DNA of 64,000 nucleotides from Oceanotoga teriensis (GTDB lineage: Bacteria > Thermotogota > Thermotogae > Petrotogales > Petrotogaceae). Both the position numbers and the translations under genes were made by a program. Shown piece by piece: positions 58,987 to 64,000 of this stretch (position 1 is the stretch's first letter; each line of letters opens with the position of its first letter). The stretch is from the NCBI RefSeq assembly GCF_003148465.1, contig NZ_QGGI01000001.1, positions 95,170 to 159,169 on the forward strand, given 5' to 3'. The notes beneath the pieces were generated by a model that was not told where the DNA came from, made no database searches, and saw only the letters and a list, made by a program, of their open reading frames with translations.

Positions 58987-59949
58987 CTATCCAATTCTCT
59001 CAATTGAAAATTTTGTCTTAGATCTCTCAATTTCTTCTTCAGTTCCAAGAATTTTTGCTATATAATTAGTTGAAGACATTGCAGCAGCCATACCATATTT
59101 TGCCGCTTCAAGATAATCAAACCCATTATTAATTATATAATAGACTATTCCAGACATAAAAGCATCACCTGTTCCAAAAAGATGTGATCTATCTATATCT
59201 TCTGTTGCAGTAAAAAGCCAAGCTCCATCTTCAGTCACAACTATATCACCAACAACATGATAACTCATAACTACCAACCTTGCTCCCGCTTTTATTATTT
59301 CTTTTCCAGTTTTTATATAATCTTCAGGAGTTTCAAGATTATTACCCAAAATTCTGCTACTCTTTCTCAAATCTGGTCTAACTATCATAGGACAATTTTC
59401 TCTTATAGCTTCATCAAAATGAGGTCCAACTGCTTCCATATAAGTTGTTTTACCTTGTTTTTTAGCATAAGAAAAAAGTTCTGAATAAAAAGATATAGGT
59501 ATATCAGGCGGAATACTTCCAGAAATTAAAACATGATCAACAAGATTCAAAGCACTTTTATATCTTTTCAAAAAATGTTTTAAATCTTCATCATGAATAA
59601 ATGGACCCATAGAATTTATTTCTGAAATTTTATTTTGAACAGGATCTATAATTTCTATATTCTCTCTTGTTTCTTCAGTACAATAAATAAAATTAGTCGT
59701 AATATTTTTTATATTGGACATTTTTGTTTGAATAACATTTCCTATAAAACCTCCAAGAAACCCCATATTTATAGAGGTTACACCCAAATCTGAAGTCATG
59801 AGAGAAACATTAATTCCTTTTCCTCCAGGCTCCATATTAGAATTAGATGGATTATTTATTCTAAAAAGATTTCCACTTTCAAAATTTTCAATCACAAATT
59901 CTCTATCCAGAGATGGGTTAAGTGTTACACTAAGCAAATTATATTCCAT
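58987..59949 (-). CDS. PfkB-family carbohydrate kinase (1-phosphofructokinase/tagatose-6-P kinase-like)
   Basis: 320 aa; GGKGINVS and GAGDAFMSG (the second pfkB signature). Confidence 0.75.
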   Translation of the reverse strand: MEYNLLSVTLNPSLDREFVIENFESGNLFRINNPSNSNMEPGGKGINVSLMTSDLGVTSINMGFLGGFIGNVIQTKMSNIKNITTNFIYCTEETRENIEIIDPVQNKISEINSMGPFIHDEDLKHFLKRYKSALNLVDHVLISGSIPPDIPISFYSELFSYAKKQGKTTYMEAVGPHFDEAIRENCPMIVRPDLRKSSRILGNNLETPEDYIKTGKEIIKAGARLVVMSYHVVGDIVVTEDGAWLFTATEDIDRSHLFGTGDAFMSGIVYYIINNGFDYLEAAKYGMAAAMSSTNYIAKILGTEEEIERSKTKFSIERIG

Positions 59950-60032
59950 TATCTTGCCCCCTAAATTAGTATCTGTTTAAATTATACCATATATTGATTA
60001 TTTTAATGTATAAAATTTGTGTACCTAATTTA

Positions 60033-60072
60033 ATAAAAAAAGACATCCTCAATTTATATCAAAGGATGTCTT
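60033..60072 (-). terminator. Rho-independent terminator of the radical-SAM gene
   Basis: Minus-strand hairpin AAGACATCCT-loop-AGGATGTCTT followed by a T7 run (A7 on plus at 60034-60040). Confidence 0.55.
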
Positions 60073-60088
60073 CATATCATAAATATTA

Positions 60089-61534
60089 TCAAGCTTTTTT
60101 ATCAAGAGCTAGTTTTTCTTCATTATTTTCATATCTTCTCATTCTTGTTTCATAATTATATATACCTCTCTTAGAAGGCCATTTTTCAGCATATCCTTCT
60201 TCATACCATAATTTATCTGCATAGACTTTCCAATCTGCAGCTAATTGATCTAATTCAGGAGCTAACTCATTTATAATTCTTTCACTTCCTGGATGCTGTG
60301 GTATCGCATTAAATTTCTTAACCATAGCTCTATAAACCTTTGGATTATCTATAATTGGACAAGGTCTAAATAAGTTTTCAGAATAAGGTATTGTTCTCTT
60401 ATAAGCTTCAAAGAATGGTGAACTTAAAATCTCTACTATCGATTTTTCTCTTATATTATCAACTGCAAATTGCTGGAATATACATGGTTCTGCATATCCT
60501 TTTGCATTTATATGCAAATATTTTGATCCCGCAGCAAGACAACCGTGAGATAAGAATCCATGATTCCAAAAATCAGCAACAAATGAGAATTTTCCACCTA
60601 ATCTAAGTTCTTCAGTTTTTCTAAACCTTTCTAATCTTTGTTCTGCAGTTGGAACTAATTCCATGGTTGCATCGGCACCAACTGGCATGAATTGAAATAC
60701 CCAAGCATAAGAAACTCCACTTTCTTTAAGGTAATCCCAGAAGGTATCATCCATAATCATTTCATGGTTCTTTCTTGTAGCTGTTATTGAAGAACCAAAA
60801 ATAACGCCATTTTCTCTCATTAATTTCCAAGCATTTTGAACTTGCTTATAAATACCTTTACCTCTTCTCCAATCTGTCATAGCTTCATCGCCTTCTACAG
60901 AAATAGCAAAAGTAGCATTACCAAGCTCTGCAAGTCTCTTAGCAGAATCTTCATTTATCATTGTAGCATTTGTATAAACCATAAAATATGAATCTTGGAA
61001 TTCCTCCAAAATATCATAAAAATAAGGATAAACAAAAGGTTCTCCACCAGTTATTATGAAGAAATATATTCCTAAATCATTAAATTGTCTTATTACACTG
61101 AATACTTCTTCTTTAGATAATTGATATTTATGACCATAAAGAGCTGCATAACATCCAACACATCTCAAATTACATGCATAAGTAGGAGAAATTATAGCAA
61201 GTTTAGGTAAAACTATTTTTAATTCATGCATTTTTTCTTGTCTAACTTTTTCACCAACTGCAAATTCATTAATTATCAAATTATTAATAACTTTTTCAAC
61301 CACTTTAGGATTTGATCTATTAAATAATTCTACCCAATTAACAAGCATTGGATCATGTCTATCTGCACCTTCAGCTAAATGTCTTAATCCAGATTTAGCT
61401 GGTTCTTTAGCTAACTTCGTTAAAGTCCATAAAAGCTTTGCAAACTGATCAATATCTGCTTTTCTTACAACATTTGAAACCAGTTTGGCAGCTTGTTTCA
61501 TCATCATAGATTTCATTGAATCCATAATTCCCAT
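60089..61534 (-). CDS. Large radical SAM protein with C-terminal SPASM/twitch-like Cys motifs (possible Tes/Mss-type lipid-modifying enzyme)
   Basis: GGAGGTG then ATG (MGIMDSMKS). About 481 aa; a ~110-aa N-terminal extension, then CNLRCVGCYA (Cx3Cx2C), GGEP, and C-terminal cysteines (HGCLAAG...EPCIFQQ...RPCPIIDNP). Gly/Ala/Arg/Trp-rich compared with its neighbours. Confidence 0.7.
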   Translation of the reverse strand: MGIMDSMKSMMMKQAAKLVSNVVRKADIDQFAKLLWTLTKLAKEPAKSGLRHLAEGADRHDPMLVNWVELFNRSNPKVVEKVINNLIINEFAVGEKVRQEKMHELKIVLPKLAIISPTYACNLRCVGCYAALYGHKYQLSKEEVFSVIRQFNDLGIYFFIITGGEPFVYPYFYDILEEFQDSYFMVYTNATMINEDSAKRLAELGNATFAISVEGDEAMTDWRRGKGIYKQVQNAWKLMRENGVIFGSSITATRKNHEMIMDDTFWDYLKESGVSYAWVFQFMPVGADATMELVPTAEQRLERFRKTEELRLGGKFSFVADFWNHGFLSHGCLAAGSKYLHINAKGYAEPCIFQQFAVDNIREKSIVEILSSPFFEAYKRTIPYSENLFRPCPIIDNPKVYRAMVKKFNAIPQHPGSERIINELAPELDQLAADWKVYADKLWYEEGYAEKWPSKRGIYNYETRMRRYENNEEKLALDKKA

Positions 61535-61555
61535 AAAAACACCTCCACCCAATAT

Positions 61556-62146
61556 TTATACACTTAATTTCATTAAAATATCTTTAAATTCTTCTTTAAA
61601 TTTTTCTTGTGGTACATTAACTCCAACAGCTTTATACATAGTAAGACCATCGAACATGGCATGAATCATCAAAGCTTTTGTTTTTGAATTAACTATCCCT
61701 TCAAGTTTTGAAAGCATTTTATTATAATAATTAGAAAAAATTTCAGTTAATTGTTTTATCATTTCATTATCATGATACGAATTAATTAGTATTTCAAAGA
61801 GTCTCATTAGTTCATCAGAAGCAAATTCAGAATGTAATGAAAAATACATCTCAGAAATAAGTTCTGCTTTATCTTCAAGTGTGTTTTTTTCTTCATATAG
61901 CTTTGATTCAACAGTATTTTCAAATTTTTTTACTAAATCTCCAAAAGCAAAAATTATAAGAGAATTTTTGTTCTTGAAATAATTATAAAGAGAACCTTTA
62001 GATAAAGCAGCTTTTTTAGCAACATCATCCATTGTGAAATTATTAAGACCTTTTTCTACAATAACTTCCAATGCAGTTTCTGCTATAAACTGTTTTTTTT
62101 CAAATTTAGTAATTTTTTTTGATGTTGTACTCAAAGCTTTTTTCAC
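61556..62146 (-). CDS. TetR/AcrR family transcriptional regulator
   Basis: 196 aa; an N-terminal HTH FTMDDVAKKAALSKGSLYNYFKNK; directly upstream of the radical-SAM gene on the same strand. Confidence 0.8.
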   Translation of the reverse strand: MKKALSTTSKKITKFEKKQFIAETALEVIVEKGLNNFTMDDVAKKAALSKGSLYNYFKNKNSLIIFAFGDLVKKFENTVESKLYEEKNTLEDKAELISEMYFSLHSEFASDELMRLFEILINSYHDNEMIKQLTEIFSNYYNKMLSKLEGIVNSKTKALMIHAMFDGLTMYKAVGVNVPQEKFKEEFKDILMKLSV

Positions 62147-62158
62147 CTCTTTTATTTT

Positions 62159-62190
62159 CTGACTGAACAGTCAGTCATAATAATTATGAC
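62159..62190. promoter_or_regulatory. Two abutting perfect palindromes (putative TetR operator) upstream of the tetR/radical-SAM operon
   Basis: CTGACTG-aa-CAGTCAG at 62159-62174 and GTCATAAT-AATTATGAC at 62174-62190, 12-25 nt upstream of the tetR start. Confidence 0.45.
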
Positions 62191-62471
62191 ACCAGACAAA
62201 AAAATAGTCAAATACGACAATTTAACTCTAATTTTAAAGAGTTTATTTCTATTTTTCCAAAAGCCTTAATTATAGCTAAAGAAAACTATAAAAAACAGAA
62301 AACGTACAAAAGTTTAGTTGTAATATAAAAGTATTTAATTAGTTTCATTAAAGAAACTATTGTTATCATTTTTTTACTTTATAAAAAAATTAAAATTAAA
62401 ATTCCATAAACACCTTCACAAATATAACTATGATATAATTATTATGAATTATATTATTGGAGGTTAAAACA

Positions 62472-63695
62472 TTGTATTCTATTATGGTAAGAATAAATGA
62501 AATAGCTTTAAAAAATCGTAATAAAGGTATTTTTATGAATATTTTAAAAAACAATATTGAAAAAAAAGTTGGAAAAGATTTTATTTTTGAAAGGAATAAT
62601 AATCGTATATATTTACATCCAAAAAACGATGGAATTATATTTGAAAATTATTTAGAATCTTTAAATGAAGTTTTTGGAATATATTCTGTATCTAAAGTTC
62701 ATAGATGCAATAATAATTATGATGAAATATTAGAAAATGTTTCAAAAGAATTAAATTTTATTTTAAAAAATTCAGATATAAAAACTTTTAAAATAGAAAC
62801 TAAGAGGATAGATAAAAATTTTAAAATAGAAAGTATAGATATGTCTAAAAAAATAGGTGAAGATATTTTAAAATCTTATTCTTTAGACGTGGATGTACAC
62901 AATCCAGATGTAAAAGTTTTTGTCGAAATAAGGTGTGAAGGAACATATATTTATGCTAATAATTACAAATTGAATAGCGGATTACCAGTAGGTTCATCTT
63001 CAAAAGGATCTTTATTATTATCAGGTGGTATAGATAGTCCTGTTGCTGGCACTATGATGTTAAAACGAGGAATGTCTTTAAATTGTATAAATTTTATGAG
63101 TCCACCTTATACAGGACCAAAATCAACAGAAAAAATTATAAAACTTGCTCAAAGATTGAGTTTATACAATATCAATCCTTTAGATCTATATATGATTCCT
63201 TTAACAAAAATACAACTGTTATTCAAAGATAAAAAATATTCAAAATTTTCCATAATCTTACAAAGAAGATCTATGATGAGAATTGCAAATAAAATATCGG
63301 ATCTATCTGAAACTAAGGTTATTATAACAGGTGAAAGTCTTGGACAAGTTGCATCTCAAACAGTAGAAAACTTGAATAGCATAGACAAAGAATCAAAAAA
63401 ACTTATATTAAGACCATTAATAGGTTTTGATAAAGAAGAAACAATAAAATTATCTAAAGCTTTTAATTATTATGATATTTCCACATTACCTTATGAAGAT
63501 AGTTGTACAGTTTTTTTACCCGATAGGCCTGCAACAAAATCTAAATTTGAAGTTTTAAAAAACATTGAATCAGAAATTTATGAATTAAATGAATTAGAAG
63601 ATGAAGTTATAAATTTATCAAAAAAATTGAGAATAATCAATACAAAAGTAATTGAATTAGAAAAAATCGAAAAAATAAAAGGAGGACTCTTATGA
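62472..63695 (+). CDS. thiI: tRNA 4-thiouridine(8) synthase ThiI (THUMP + PP-loop; no rhodanese domain)
   Basis: The track ORF starts at 62457; TTG 62472 or ATG 62484 after GGAGG. A PP-loop LLSGGIDSPVAG and a THUMP region. Confidence 0.85.
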   Translation: MYSIMVRINEIALKNRNKGIFMNILKNNIEKKVGKDFIFERNNNRIYLHPKNDGIIFENYLESLNEVFGIYSVSKVHRCNNNYDEILENVSKELNFILKNSDIKTFKIETKRIDKNFKIESIDMSKKIGEDILKSYSLDVDVHNPDVKVFVEIRCEGTYIYANNYKLNSGLPVGSSSKGSLLLSGGIDSPVAGTMMLKRGMSLNCINFMSPPYTGPKSTEKIIKLAQRLSLYNINPLDLYMIPLTKIQLLFKDKKYSKFSIILQRRSMMRIANKISDLSETKVIITGESLGQVASQTVENLNSIDKESKKLILRPLIGFDKEETIKLSKAFNYYDISTLPYEDSCTVFLPDRPATKSKFEVLKNIESEIYELNELEDEVINLSKKLRIINTKVIELEKIEKIKGGLL

Positions 63696-64000
63696 AAAGA
63701 TTCTTCAACAATATAGCTGATTTTATTTTTGGTATATGGTATTATATAGGATTATTTGGAATAATATATATTTATGGTAGCTGTGTGCTAATAAAAGCAT
63801 ATTTTATGAGAAAATCAAAGGGAGATGAAATAACAGATAAATATATAAGAAAAGTGGTTGGTAAATTTGGTAGAGGTACTTATAATGTAATAAGGACTCC
63901 TGTAGAGATTATTAATAAAGAAAAAATACCACAAAATGATAATTATGTAATTGTATCAAATCATCAAAGTTATTTTGATATTCCTTTAATACTTGGATTT
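63695..64000 (+). CDS. plsC: 1-acyl-sn-glycerol-3-phosphate acyltransferase-like (PlsC family), 3' partial
   Basis: 102 aa visible; an N-terminal TM and the acyltransferase HxxxxD motif VSNHQSYFDIP. Its ATG overlaps the thiI stop (ATGA). Confidence 0.6.

Noticed and set aside
1-64000. CRISPR arrays, tRNA/rRNA genes, transposases or integrases, prophage remnants
   Set aside because: I scanned the intergenic regions (all under 500 nt) and the ORF translations. There are no direct-repeat/spacer periodicity, no cloverleaf-capable 70-90-nt conserved segments, and no DDE, tyrosine or serine recombinase-like ORFs.

Overview
This window is an AT-rich (about 28-30% GC) bacterial chromosome segment, densely coding on both strands. 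The gene content and synteny look like a low-GC member of Thermotogota (Marinitoga, Thermosipho or Petrotoga-like). The evidence is three tandem M42 aminopeptidase paralogs, a MetH that lacks its reactivation domain with that domain encoded as a separate upstream gene, an indolepyruvate:ferredoxin oxidoreductase, and a methylmalonyl-CoA mutase/decarboxylase cluster.

In order along the window:
- a Pit phosphate permease (5' partial) with its DUF47 partner
- queA, a NYN-domain protein, ychF, tsaE, a 2-hydroxyacid dehydrogenase, YitT, a split ChrA, BioY and mgsA
- three M42 peptidases and an orphan minC
- a methylmalonyl-CoA module: mutase large and small subunits, MeaB, epimerase, carboxyltransferase, an OadG-like subunit and a biotin carrier
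- an XRE regulator with a palindromic operator and small membrane proteins
- a SAM-I riboswitch in front of a methionine operon: aspartokinase, a DUF39/COG1900 homocysteine-synthesis protein, a COG2122-like protein, metF, the MetH activation domain and metH
- an RCK potassium-channel homolog, rpsF-ssb-rpsR-rplI, an RNase Z-like MBL hydrolase and NfeD/stomatin
- a glutaredoxin-like PDO with trxB, guaB, acyP, bcp and ferritin
- an unusual rnfD-rnfG-rnfE-rnfA + nqrF hybrid operon with no rnfC, rnfB or nqrA
- pepT and iorAB
- a KamA-family radical SAM, a Cys-rich small protein, several hypothetical proteins and a PilT/GspE-like ATPase sitting directly downstream of ftsA-ftsZ
- gyrB with a DUF721 gene, a class IV aminotransferase, MtaB, a CBS protein and a PfkB kinase
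- a TetR-regulated large radical-SAM/SPASM-like protein
- thiI and plsC (3' partial)

I saw no CRISPR array, rRNA, tRNA or obvious mobile element. All identifications come from reading the translated ORFs and the DNA by eye. No database search was run.
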